Source of the DNA: Trichosphaerium sp. ATCC 40318
Taxonomy: Eukaryota > Protista > Tubulinea
Length of the DNA: 64,000 nucleotides
Direction: 5' to 3'
NCBI GenBank assembly: GCA_038496445.1
Contig: JALMLS010000577.1
Coordinates: 558,001 to 622,000, forward strand
A program made the translations under genes and the position numbers. The notes under the pieces are model-generated. The model did no database searches. It had not been told where the DNA came from and saw only the letters and a list, made by a program, of their open reading frames with translations. This document shows positions 1-11,900 of this stretch, piece by piece; within the stretch, counting starts at the first letter, position 1, and every line of letters begins with the position of its first letter.

Positions 1-11
1 ACTTGTTGTAG

Positions 12-503
12 ACGTTCAAGAACCAGTTCAATTACAATAAAGCTGAGCCGTTGTTTATTAAAGCAATAGCTATCTCAGAAAGGTAACAACCAATTTTATT
101 TTTTTCCATGGTGCTCTATTCGTTTCAGATCATAGCTGGCTTGTTTGTTTCCTGTCTGTGACAGGGTACAACCATCCAACGATCAAAATGACGTTTTTTT
201 GTCATTGTCATTCATTACTATTTTTTGTGCTTATTTTGTGCTGTAGGACTCTAGGAGAAACGCATAGACATGTTCTCAACAGATACAGTAAGTAAAAATA
301 CCATTCCTTTACACATTTTGTGCACATGTTTCGCAAACGCTCTTTGTCAATGTTAGAAAAAGTTGTTTTTTTTTGACATTTTGTAAGGAAATCTTGTTGA
401 TCTCTATGAGAAAATGGGAGTTGTAGCAAAGGCTAAGCCAATACAAGAAAAACTAGATAAATTAAGAGCTAGGGCTAAGCGTGAGAAGACTACATTTATG
501 TAA
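12..503 (+). CDS. 3' end of TPR (kinesin-light-chain-like) repeat protein, partial, 3 exons
   Basis: Spliced translation TFKNQFNYNKAEPLFIKAIAISER|TLGETHRHVLNRY|RNLVDLYEKMG...TTFM*; matches KLC-type TPR pattern AEPL..AL.I.E..LG..H. Confidence 0.75.
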
Positions 504-714
504 AACAACAGTAATAGAAAAAATAAACAAAGTATTCCGCGAATATCTAGCATGATATCAGAAAGGAGACCGTAAGACTGCATTAGCTCTACATGTTTTG
601 GTATGAGGTATTAGTAGCATTGTGGCTTGCCTAGTTTATTATTGTAATACCGTCTTGCTTCAATTATTGCTGAGGCAAATCAAAAACAGTAAGTGTATGG
701 CTTGGTTTTTAACT

Positions 715-1116
715 TCATAGTTTCTTTTGAGATCTTTCTGGCCACCCAACCAAGTATGCACCAGCGATAAGGTCATATGTTAAACAAAAAACAGGGTACC
801 ACGCAGGTACATATCCAGGATGTCCATTAGGATGCAACAACATGTCCCAAGCGGCATGCAACATCCATCCAACGCCAATAATAGGTCTCATCTTGAGCTT
901 CATACCAATAAGAGCGATAGCACCATAAATACATACTCCTGTCATTTCAACAAAGATCCAAGATGTAATCGGGTCAAAAAACCAGAAAATCAAGTACATA
1001 TTAGCTGCTACGATTAAGGAAATACCCCAGAGGTTACGTTCAAGTGTAGGTGAAAAATAGCGTAACCCTATTATTGACAAGACTCCTGTGATTACTCCTA
1101 AGGCAATATCAAACAT
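715..1116 (-). CDS. Intronless small membrane protein, DUF6010-like
   Basis: 133 aa, about 4 hydrophobic segments, GWMLHAAWD..LH and PAWYPVFC..YD motifs recalled from bacterial DUF6010 proteins. Confidence 0.6.
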   Translation of the reverse strand: MFDIALGVITGVLSIIGLRYFSPTLERNLWGISLIVAANMYLIFWFFDPITSWIFVEMTGVCIYGAIALIGMKLKMRPIIGVGWMLHAAWDMLLHPNGHPGYVPAWYPVFCLTYDLIAGAYLVGWPERSQKKL

Positions 1117-1802
1117 TTTGCTGCAGACTAGGGGTTGTTGTGTTGTATTTTATTTGCTATGAACTTTACTTAAGGCCTGTTAAGTCTCAAACGGGATGTA
1201 GTTTACCCGAGAATTGTAGCGTGCTCTTCGCCTGCTTGTGTCCACGAAAAATACAGTGATTGAACTCTGTGGTGCAAATTACCTTTCAAAACGAAGTTTT
1301 GCATCAACAACAAGAACATAGCACACTTTTTCTAAAAACTTCATTTTTTTAACATTGGGTGTACTTATTACATTCTTTGTTTTGACTACAGTGGGGTGAT
1401 AGTGAATCGGCTGTATTTCTGATTTCGTGTCTACAATTGATATAGAAAACTACATGCCACGTGGCGAACCTTCACAGATAAGCATCTAACAAAACTGATT
1501 GCCGTTTGATTGTTGGTTTATTTAGCGCCTACTTCATTGCTTATAGCTGAGGATTCGTATCATTTACAAATCTCCAACACCTTGAGATAGAATATAACGA
1601 CTATGTCGCACTCTAAATTCTGTTGTACTACCAGTGGTGAGGTAATTGAATGCTCTAGATGTTAGTTTAATAATCACTACGTAGTGGAATACTCATTTAA
1701 GCTTGTCAAACTGGTTGCAAAAAGAACAAAACACTAACAATTCTTGGCTTCGGTTTATGGATTTAAGTGTTTATTATTTCAAGGTGTTGAATGATCTAGT
1801 GA

Positions 1803-3745
1803 TTATTCATGTCTGAGTATAATATGAACTCCAGAAGCAGAAGATACAACGTCACTCATATCACCAACTTCAAGCGCAAATCTGTAGAATTAATGAGAAG
1901 CAGGTTAAAACAAGAAAAAAAAGAGAACAAAAAGTCAAACTACAAAAAAAAACCCAAAAAACCCTTCGTTGTTCGATGACGCACGATGCTTTTTCAAATG
2001 GTGGTTGCATTTTTCCTCTACCAAAAAATCCTAAATCACCTCCTCTCTTTGCAGATGAGCAGTCACTCTTTTCAGAAGCAAGTTCTTTGAATGTTATTTT
2101 TTTACTTGCTATTTCTTCTCTGTATCCTAAGACTCTATCGTAAGCATTTAAGCAACTCAACACAACTTCGCATGTGTAAAAATAATTTAAGTCCAAAATA
2201 GGAAAGAAAATGAACAAACAAAACGTGTCAGCAATGCCGTTTTTGGCATGAAAAAAGTTTGTCAGAAAAGTACTTTCACTTATTGAGTTCAATCAAAATG
2301 TACTACTTTTTTGTAGATGTGTGACAGTTATGAAATGGAAAATGGTGTTGTAGTAGTGAATTATATGCACTTGTTTACTAACAAGACATAGTTACACTTC
2401 CAAAAAAAAGAAGAAAAGATTCTTTGAATTGACAAGTATGTGGTATACCTTTTAATATCTCAATAGCTTCTTCTTTTGTTCTTGTAATAGTTTCTCCACG
2501 CCATGTTTTTGGGTTTCTTAATTCAAAATTGTTACTTCAAAGAAAATATATGAGAGTGATGTACAGTACCTGCTTTCGTTGTGTTTGACGAGAAGATGAG
2601 AACAACGAACTTTTTCTGATGATGATTCTTTCTTTTGTCTCTTAGATGAACTACCATCGTCTTGTTTTATATCTCTTTTGCGTTTTTTTGCTGATGGCGT
2701 TAACAGCTAAAAATAAAAAGAATAAATAACCCACAAAGTCATGACAGGACGAAAAAAAAAGAAGAGAATACAAAACAAAAGGTTGGGTTTTGTTTAAAAG
2801 TCAAAATCAATAATCACAAGGAGCCACAATACTATGAAATCGAGCTTGCTCATAGTGTACATATATATGTATTCTAATAGTATTGTAACAAATTGTGACA
2901 CTTCCTAAGATTACAAGTGCTCTTAGGTACCAAGAGTTGAACAGAAAACCAAAAAAAAAAAGCAAGAAACAAAAGAAAAAAAAAAACCCGTTGTTTAACG
3001 TGACTTTAACATACCTCAGCGATACTGTCACAACCTCCTCTATTACCAATTTTGTATTTACGAGTAGAATGACCAAATTTCATGACACTATCCTCTATCG
3101 ACATGACAGTTGGTTATTATGAACGAAAATACCACTGAACTAAGCGTACCATCGACAATATGTGGTTTATATGGCTCTATCTTTTGATCATCGACAAAAG
3201 TCCCGTACGCTTTTTTAAAAATCAGCTAGATGTGCGCATACGCGGTTTTTATTGCCAATAATGGCGTACCTGACTTTAAATCAAGAATAAACGAGAATCC
3301 TTCCTTGTGGTGAATTAAAACCGCTTGTTGTCGTGAAATGGATTCGTGAAGAAGTCTGTAACGTTGCTGAGCAATCAACAGACATTTTAATGTACCTGTA
3401 ATGAACCATCTCTGGGTGACGGCCAAAAACGTAGTAGCTTTGCTCATTCACCGGCAATACCTCAAGTACAGTCTCTTGCTTCCATACCTGACATTTGTTA
3501 GATGTTATGCGCATGCAATGATAAAGCTATTACTTGTAGGTACAAAGGGTTTAATTCGCCTGGAGCAGCAGCCCTATGAGTATTTTAGCAAGATTGGTAG
3601 GTAATTGTTCGTGTTGGTTAAAATTACCAGTCAGGAGCAACAAAAGGATCATCTCTGTTCTCTGGTGGCGTATATGGTGCTGGTGGAAGTCTAAAAAACC
3701 ATTGTTAGCTCGTAAAAAATTGGTGCAAGCGCACTCGTCTGCCAT
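1803..3745 (-). CDS. FHA-domain + parvulin (Pin1-type) peptidyl-prolyl isomerase, multi-exon
   Basis: Exons give MADELPPAPY..., FHA motifs YYVFGR, HESISRQQAVL, ILDLKS, GTFV; rotamase motifs VRCSHLLVKH, SDCSSAKRGGDLGFFGRGKMQPPFE, SGVHIILR. Confidence 0.92.
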
Positions 3746-3843
3746 TTTGTAAAAACAAAAAAAAGATACTCGATTTTTTTTGGGCTTAACATGATTAAGT
3801 ACGTTGACCGAACACGTGATAGAGAGCATGCACAATGATTTAT

Positions 3844-5302
3844 TTACAATATATTTAATTTAAATACAAGGGTTTTTCTATCATTAATAAAAGGTAGTTG
3901 CTTGAGAGTGCCTTTGCAAGCGCCTTCAATAAACCATGTTCCAAGGCTGTATCTTTTGAGTACTTTGCCGAAATCTTTGCTTCCTTCTCTTGTGAATGGG
4001 AATTGTACTCTATAAGCTATTCTACGCTTTGCATGCTCTGGTGCATACATTACTTTTCCCCTAAATCCTACGCCTGGACCACCTGTCAACTTTATCGCTG
4101 AGCCTTTTCTCAGATCCCATTCCATTGTTTTCGTGTCACTTTTCAACCCAGTCGTAGGATCATAAGGTACTCTGAATACATTATTGCGCTTTGTTTTCGC
4201 TTCTTCTGGGATTGAGGGCGTGTATGGAACTGGATTGTAAGGGAGTTTCATCTCAATGGCTAGATGAAGCATAACTTCATCAATACTTGCAAAAATTCGA
4301 AGCGAAGCCAAAGGATCCAGTATTGTTCTTTGGAAACCAATAATGACAGACCCGAGACCCTTTCCTTTCCTTACATATTTCTTGCCGGCTGTCTTGACTA
4401 CACGATCGGCGTTCATACCGCATAGACTTGTTCCAAGTGTAAGAACAAGATCAGCTTTTTGCTCTTCTTCCAACATCCAGTTAAACAAGTCGTCTCGGAG
4501 ACTACCAGACATTGGTACTACAGGATTAGATGGATTGAACCAAGCACCATGTATCTCGTTTATATCTTCTTGTGGGAACCCAGCCTAAAGAAACCAGTCA
4601 GAAACAAAAACCAAAACCAGCGTGAAACATAAAAAATCACTTGTTCGTGTGCATAAACTATTTACCTTTTGTGGCAAGCCATCATGGTTTTGTTGTATCC
4701 AGTGCTTAAGATATCCTTCCTTTGAAAGAGCAGCAAGTGTATAATGTGAGAAAGTAGGTTCAGCGTCCAAACCAGATCGTTTCTTAGCTCGGCCTTTTGC
4801 TTTTGTTCCTGTTGCCATAGAATCATTGTGATGCATAGTCGTTTATCCCACTTGCAGTAGATATACCAGCACCTGTATAAGCGACACAATGCTTAGAAGC
4901 TTTAATAAGTCTTGCCAGTTCCTTCACTTTAATTCTCAACGTTTCTGGGTCTTCACTGTACTCATGTGCTTTCATTGAGTCGTAACCTTTCCTTGCTTCA
5001 ACATCACAAAATGTGCGTAAGATAGGAGGTTTCCAGCCTTTTTGTTTTCCCAGATGTCCGTGCATGTCGATGTCATCAACGTCATCCTCGATTTCGTTCA
5101 TACGACGAACGCCACTATCCTTTGAGATGTATTGTTAGAGTTTTTATCGTTTATGAGTTGTTTGACCTACTGTTTGCTTTTCGTTACCGTCTGATGTGCT
5201 TGTTGGCTCTAAGTTTAGTTGTTTAAAGTACTCCGCCAAGTATTTATTTACTTTAGCTACATCTTCGATAGTAAACGGTATATTTGTTTTAGGTGGTTGC
5301 AT
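3844..5302 (-). CDS. Sir2-family (class IV-like) sirtuin lacking Zn subdomain; +1 frameshift at about 4823-4836
   Basis: YTGAGISTASGINDY, PTFSH, QQNHDGL, EIHG, LGTSL motifs over 3 exons; frame breaks at CAA TGA and continues in +1 frame. Confidence 0.85.
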
Positions 5303-6531
5303 AATGGTTTGTTTGGCGTGTGTGAGTTGCTTTGTTGGTTGTTTTGATTTGTAAGTTATGTTGATAAAGCGTTTCAATGAATCAGCTTAACTTTGATATA
5401 CTCTGTGTCATATACATGCCTCACGTGATCACTTAGATGACTTACGCGTATTCATGGCGTATTCGCTATTGTTCTGTGAAAGCTCCAGAGACGCTCTTTC
5501 CTTATTCGCTAATTCTAGGTCCGTAAATTAACTAATCGTTCACATATTGGTTCCATAATGTTTCGTGCCACTCCAAGTAGCACGAGGGCTCATTGTGTTC
5601 ACAAACCATCTCGAAAAACTAGGTTTAGCGCCAGCAAAAAATAGTAAAAACGTTTTTCCAAGTAAAATCCACTGTGCCTTTCGATGAAAACGCTTTGCTT
5701 TGTAACTTCCACAATCATTTTGATACTTGTTCACGAACAAATACTGTTTGTTTAAAAGCAGATTGTACTCAAATACCACGAATACCACAATTTTTTTTTT
5801 CGATAATTCGTTGCACATAAATTATTTTTTGTAAATCAAGTCAGTAGGAAGCTATCCTCATCACATGTTCATTCAAAGTACAGTGACTTTGTACTTTGTC
5901 ACCACCCTAGAAGGTCAGTCAATGTAATTGTGCGCTTCGGCAAATCAACCACGCTCAATGCTGGCTCCTGCAAGAAATTGTTTCGGGGATAGGACATGGC
6001 TATAAATGCCTGACTGCGCGATGACCGCCTACGTAATTGTAAACGTGCTGATGTTGGAACGCAACTTTTTTGTGCAATTTCAAGGTACAAACACGCCTTG
6101 CTATTTCAACATAACAGCATATAGACATGGCGGTACAGCTGCCGCCCAAAAGTACAAGAAACAATCAAGAAACCATTTAGTAGTACCTGTACAGTGCGGC
6201 GTGTATAGGCTACTAGCTGTTAGCGTTTTGAACATTTAATCAGTACAATAATGATTTCCTAGTACTGTCTTCATAGCACGCCAGTTGATGATGGTTTATA
6301 TTAACTACCTGTCATATAAGCGCTTGTCTCAGATTGGTTATTTGTGCCAAATATCTATTCACATCATGTTTATCCCTACGCGTAAGAACCACAAACTGAG
6401 CATGTTTGTTTTATACAAGCGAATTTCTAAATGACTGCGGTTTTACGGGCGAACCTTATTTTAAGATTGCGAACTGTATGTTAAGTTATCTTGCTAGCGC
6501 TAGTTTGTTTGTACATTTTAATTTGTTTTAG

Positions 6532-6941
6532 TAAGTTTAAATGGTATTCGTATAGATTGTCAAAGGGATACTATACGTAGCTGATAATGGATTAAGTCGA
6601 CTTTTAAAAGTGTACCGGAATAGAACATATGTTGTTCTGTGTTCGGACCCAAGGTTCTTGCCACCATGTGGCACCCCAAATGACCTAGCTCTGATCTTCG
6701 TTTTGGCATTGATGGCATGAGAACTGATGTTATGGGTAATCTATATATTACCAGACCAAGCGAGTATGTATTGCATCACCTCTTACTACTTTACTGATAC
6801 ATACTTGTTAGAGGTGTAGTTGTTAAGTTAAATCCAAACGGAGACAGAATTCAGAATATTTCACTTGTGACAAATAAGTTAGGAAATGCTTTGGTAGTTA
6901 GAAGACTCGGCGAAGCAAGGCCTTGGTTAGTGAATCTGTAA
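6532..6941 (+). pseudogene. Decayed SMP-30/gluconolactonase-like beta-propeller fragment
   Basis: LNGIRIDC/(frameshift)KGILYVAD, FGIDGMRTDVMGNLYITR, then spliced GVVVKLNPNG; motifs are far closer together than in intact family members. Confidence 0.55.
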
Positions 6942-7381
6942 TAGTTATTTACTACTCTATTTGTTAATCTGTCGCTATAGTTGTGATATTTATGCACTTG
7001 AGCAGAAAAATGTGAGCGATGATATTCTCGGTACAATCGAGTACTATCATTGACACAACATGTCTAACCATTTTAAAGGTGTCAACAAAAACGACTGATA
7101 TCGAAGGACAAGAAAACGAGGGTGTGGACATACTTCATTAGAGGAGATGTTAATGGTGAATAAGGAAATGACAACAAGGCTAGTTGGTGGATCAGTGGGG
7201 GTTGATGTAACGTTTATTGTAGTATTACCATCGACAAACACAGTGTGGCAGTACAAACCGTGTAAACAGACATTGACACTAGGACATATATACCACAAAT
7301 ACTTTCTTTCAAGGGTAACTCTTTAATTTATTTGTTTTTTACTAAACTAGAATGGTGCATATCACTTGTGGTAAATGTTTG

Positions 7382-8431
7382 TTATTTTTTGGTTGCCCAA
7401 TAGTATGATATCGTTGAGTAACATGTGGTTGTAAAGTACCTAAACCAAGCATATACTGTGATATGTAACATGTGAAAAGGGAACAACAAGGTGCTTAATG
7501 AACGTATCATTAAGCTGCTTCTTTTGTAGTTTCTGGCAGTACCACCAAAGTGGTTTTGCTTCTTTTTTCTTCTACTAAGCCATGCGTTGATTTTGTTTCC
7601 TTGGTTTTCTACTAGCCTACCATCCTTAGTCCACTGTTTCATTTCACCACTTTGTTTACCATCAAGCCATACAGATTGTTCCTGAAGTTGTCCGTTTTCA
7701 TACCATACTTTGGCTGTGCCACTTTTTTCGCCATCTATCCACATGCTTTGTGCGAAGAGTCTACCATTTTTAAACCATGCTTTGTATTCACCATGTTCCT
7801 TGTCATCAACAAACATGCACTGTGCTTTGAGCTGTCCATTTTCATACCAATTTTTGGTTTCACCATTTTTTTTACCATCAATGACTATGGCTTGCAGCTT
7901 AATTTGTCCATTTTCATACCACCTTTGGTGTAGTCCGCTTTGTTTACCATCAACCCATACAGATTGTTCCTTAAGTTGTCCGTTTTCATACCATACTTTG
8001 CTTGTGCCACTTTTTTCGCCATTAACCCGCATGCCTTGAGCTTGAAGTTTACCATTTTTAAACCATGCTTTGCCTTCACCATGTTGCTTGCCATCAACGA
8101 ACATGCACTGTACTTGGAGCTGTCCATTTTTATGCCACATTTGGCTAATGCCATTACCTTTGCCATCAGCTAATGTGTATTGAAACGAAAGTTGTCCATT
8201 CTCATACCATCCGTTGCATTGTCCATTTTTAGCATACTCATGAGCCATCACTCTTCCACTTTTATACCATCTGATCCATTTTCCTTTGCGCTGTAATGAT
8301 TTGTCAAAATGTGTGTTGATTGCTGCTTTCTTTGATAATGTATGGAATTTTGTGAATGCTTCTGAGTTGAATGTACAGATATATTGTTGAATTTCACGTG
8401 GGAGATCAAGTAAAGTCAAGGCAGAAGACAT
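7382..8431 (-). CDS. Intronless F-box-like + MORN-variant repeat protein
   Basis: N-term LLDLPREIQQYI (F-box-like); 24-aa repeats WYENGQL..Q...DGK..G..K; internal 288-bp higher-order duplication (7652 vs 7940). Confidence 0.85.
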   Translation of the reverse strand: MSSALTLLDLPREIQQYICTFNSEAFTKFHTLSKKAAINTHFDKSLQRKGKWIRWYKSGRVMAHEYAKNGQCNGWYENGQLSFQYTLADGKGNGISQMWHKNGQLQVQCMFVDGKQHGEGKAWFKNGKLQAQGMRVNGEKSGTSKVWYENGQLKEQSVWVDGKQSGLHQRWYENGQIKLQAIVIDGKKNGETKNWYENGQLKAQCMFVDDKEHGEYKAWFKNGRLFAQSMWIDGEKSGTAKVWYENGQLQEQSVWLDGKQSGEMKQWTKDGRLVENQGNKINAWLSRRKKKQNHFGGTARNYKRSSLMIRSLSTLLFPFHMLHITVYAWFRYFTTTCYSTISYYWATKK

Positions 8432-8967
8432 CTTATTGCTAACGAAAAAACTGAAAAAAGTAAGAATATGAGTAGTATTACAAGTATTTGTAGGTTCAAG
8501 CACATTTGAAAAGGTTTACAGAACAAAAATTTTGCCACCTACTTTTATTTGTTGCGTTGTGGCTAAAAATAAACGTAGGTGGTAGGTAGCGTGTTAAAAT
8601 CGCCCATCAGCGCTGTTTATGTTCGCTTTTGGCGTACCTTAAAGTTTACACAATATTATTAAAAATGTTGTTTAAAAACCGCTGAGACACGTTATTACCA
8701 AATGATAGTACTAATACGACAATGTTAGGAGAATTAACAGCAAAAACATAAAAAATCTAACGCTACGCACGTATTCAATTGTGGTTGTTTAGGAATAACG
8801 ATTTACTGCATGCTTCATGTGCTCTCTATCACGTATGCTATTCCAGGTGAAATTAGTAGACTCACAAAGACTATGTCGACTCATTTAAACAGGGACATTT
8901 TCTTTGTGAGATTTTATCTTTGTACACATTATTTTATTACCTTGAAAGTTGTGTCAAGGGTTTTTTT

Positions 8968-11900
8968 TTAGTCAATAGAAATTACAGACAATGTTAAAGG
9001 CGCTTCATCATCACTTGGTTCTTTTACATAAGCTACAAGTGGTTGAGATATTAAAACACCTTCAAGATTACTAATACATTCATCATTTAATACATCACAA
9101 CCAATAGAAGACTTAACAAACGACCGAAGAATATCACCCGAAATCTATCGGAAAAAAAAAAGTCAAAAAAAAGTATACTTGAGAAAAAAAAGACGTACAT
9201 GGAGAAGAACTTGAGTGTTTGCATCGACACGTACTTCAAGTATAACACTTTGACTTAAATGTGATGTATCAACAAAGTTAAAAGTACTTTGAGAGTAAGA
9301 CATACTAACACCATCACATAAAAGGTCACGTGGTAGCGGGGTTTTAGGACCCAAAAATATTTTAAGTTCTTCATTTGAAATCGTCTTAAGTTCAGTTTCA
9401 TCTTCACCAACATCACATGAAGTCAAAGAATCCTATCATTAAAATTAAGTTATACACTCATTAATATACTTCTTGTACATACCTTTATAACAGATGTAAC
9501 TGTTCCAGTTACCCTGTATAAGCCATGTGTAGATGTTAAGTCAACATGTAATAATGTTGGAAGTTCTTCAACAGAAGCCAAAACGTCTGGAGTATTGCAT
9601 ATATCTAGAGATACTGTATCGATACCTTGGCTTACAAGAAACGTCTTCATACTATCATTCTTGCATATATGCCTTTGAGGTACATAGCGGACTGACTTCG
9701 GGATTAGAACAAGTTTTCTTGGTGGCATTAATTCTGATTTTTCTTCTGTTAATGTGTCTGTTATCACTATACGTTCTAACACCGTAAAGTCATCTGCTAC
9801 AAGTTTACCTAAATATACATTAAGGCAACGCACTGTCAATAAAGATACTTTATACTTTAGTAAAACCACGACTCAAGTAAACTTGTATAAATGTAAGTAA
9901 AACAAAAAGTCCACCTACCTTCATTATTGACCAAATCAGTAAATAACACCAAGTCTCCAGCATCAAAATCAGTAAGTGCATTACATTGGAAATATCCTTC
10001 AACAGTAACGCAAGCACTAGAATAATAAATAAGGATGAGAAAGAGAAAAAATTAGGAATCTGTACCAATTTGGACCAGTTTCTTCATGAAGAGAACTATC
10101 CGCAATAAAAATTCTAGTTTTGATAAAATCACAACTATAAGGGAGTACTTTTACGTCTTGTTTGACTAAAAGCCTTCCCATCACAGTACACCGAGGAGGT
10201 GCAGCCTACAAAAACACTTAAAAGACTCAAAAAATATTTGTCACAAAACATACCGAAGGGAACGTCATTAGCAAGTGCAATGAAAAAACGGGATTTATAG
10301 ACGCTTCAAATTCATGTGCGTTATCCTTAGAAGAAAGTTAAGAAATAAGCCACGAAAGTGATAGTGGCTGAAGACCTTCAGCGTCAGTTTTTATTGCCAC
10401 GTTTCAAAAAAAAAAAAAATTACGTTTTGTTGAGGCTGTAGAAACGTACTTCAATGATATCAAAGGAAGAATCATTTAGAACTCTGTATCTAGCACATTC
10501 ACAACTTTGGACAGTTATTTGTGTCTGTGCAGGCTTGGCTGGTGCTACTGAAACATGTTCATCTTTCGCTTGAGATGAAGGGAACTGAAGTAGTCCATCT
10601 GGTCCAAAATTGCTTTTACCAAGCTTAACATTTGTAGTTATTACATGATCTGGAGCTATTGTAGAAAATAGACTACAAATAGAAGGATCTCGTGTAATAA
10701 GGTCATCCTTTTCAACAAGAATATTTGTAAGATTAATAAACTTTCCATTCCCATTTTCTAGTAGAGTAAACCTAGTACGCTCAAGTTAATCTCACTTTAA
10801 CATTTGCAGTTGGTTAAAGTTCAACAACATACACCCATATGAGTGGTTGTGACTTACACAAGCAATGCGACAAATTCAAAAAAAAGAAAGAGAAAAAAAC
10901 GGAAAAATTGCAAGTTGTTTTCGTTGTTTTGTTTTGAGGTTGAGAGAGGTGCTGTGGTAATTGTTTGATGTTATAATGGTGTTTGCATATGTACCATTTA
11001 TCTGTACAAGTTTCAGGTATCTCTAATAGTCCAAGTTTTCCAGAAGGTGTTTGAATAACCAAGCTACACTCAGTTGCATTTTGTTCTACTCCAGCGAGAC
11101 TTAGTCTGTTTAGTTTATCCTGTACAGTTGATGTGTCGAGCTCAGGAGCTAGCGATGATTGAACATTTCTAGGTAATGCCCTTTGTACCATTGCTTGAAG
11201 ATTTATAACATAGGTATCAAAGAATGTTAAGGAGAAAACATCAAATCGAAACAAAACAAAGAAAAAAAAAATGGTAGTAAAAAAAAAGGATACCAATGCA
11301 CTTTTCTTGGTCGCGAACATAGTGTACTACTTCTATTATATCAATATCATGCTCATCCTTGTTATCATCATCTTTTTGTGAAACAAAACTATCTTGAAGC
11401 TGACCATCATCTTCTTCTGCCATATCGAAAAACAAAGTGCTTGGTATTGTCGCTAAAAACAAGCATTAGAAAAAACCCACTCCTTGTTTACTTTAATGTA
11501 CAGCGTGCTTGGCTTGTTGGTAAATGAAGGTCAAATACATCACTTATAGTAATAACACGGTAAGAAGATAGTAGAATCAAACGAGCACTCTCTTCGTCAC
11601 TTTGTTTCACCTCGTGCCTATAGCAAAGTTAACTCTTAAGAGAAGTTATTAGAAAAAGGTGACAGTACCAAGGAGAATCAATAGCAACTATAGCACCAGG
11701 TACGAGGTCAGGTTCTTCACTATTCCTCAAAGCCAAAATATCAGCATACGCCGCTCTGCTGAGTCCTTTGGATTCTAATATTTTACATACTATACAATCT
11801 ACATTCAAGCTCTCATTAAACGTTGTCTTTACAATATAAACAACAAGACAAGGTCCTAACAAAACTAAGAAACAACAGTCGAGATTTAATAAGGAAAAAA

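Noticed and set aside
7652-8173. Several overlapping ORFs on both strands
   Set aside because: Antisense or alternate-frame shadows of the MORN repeats
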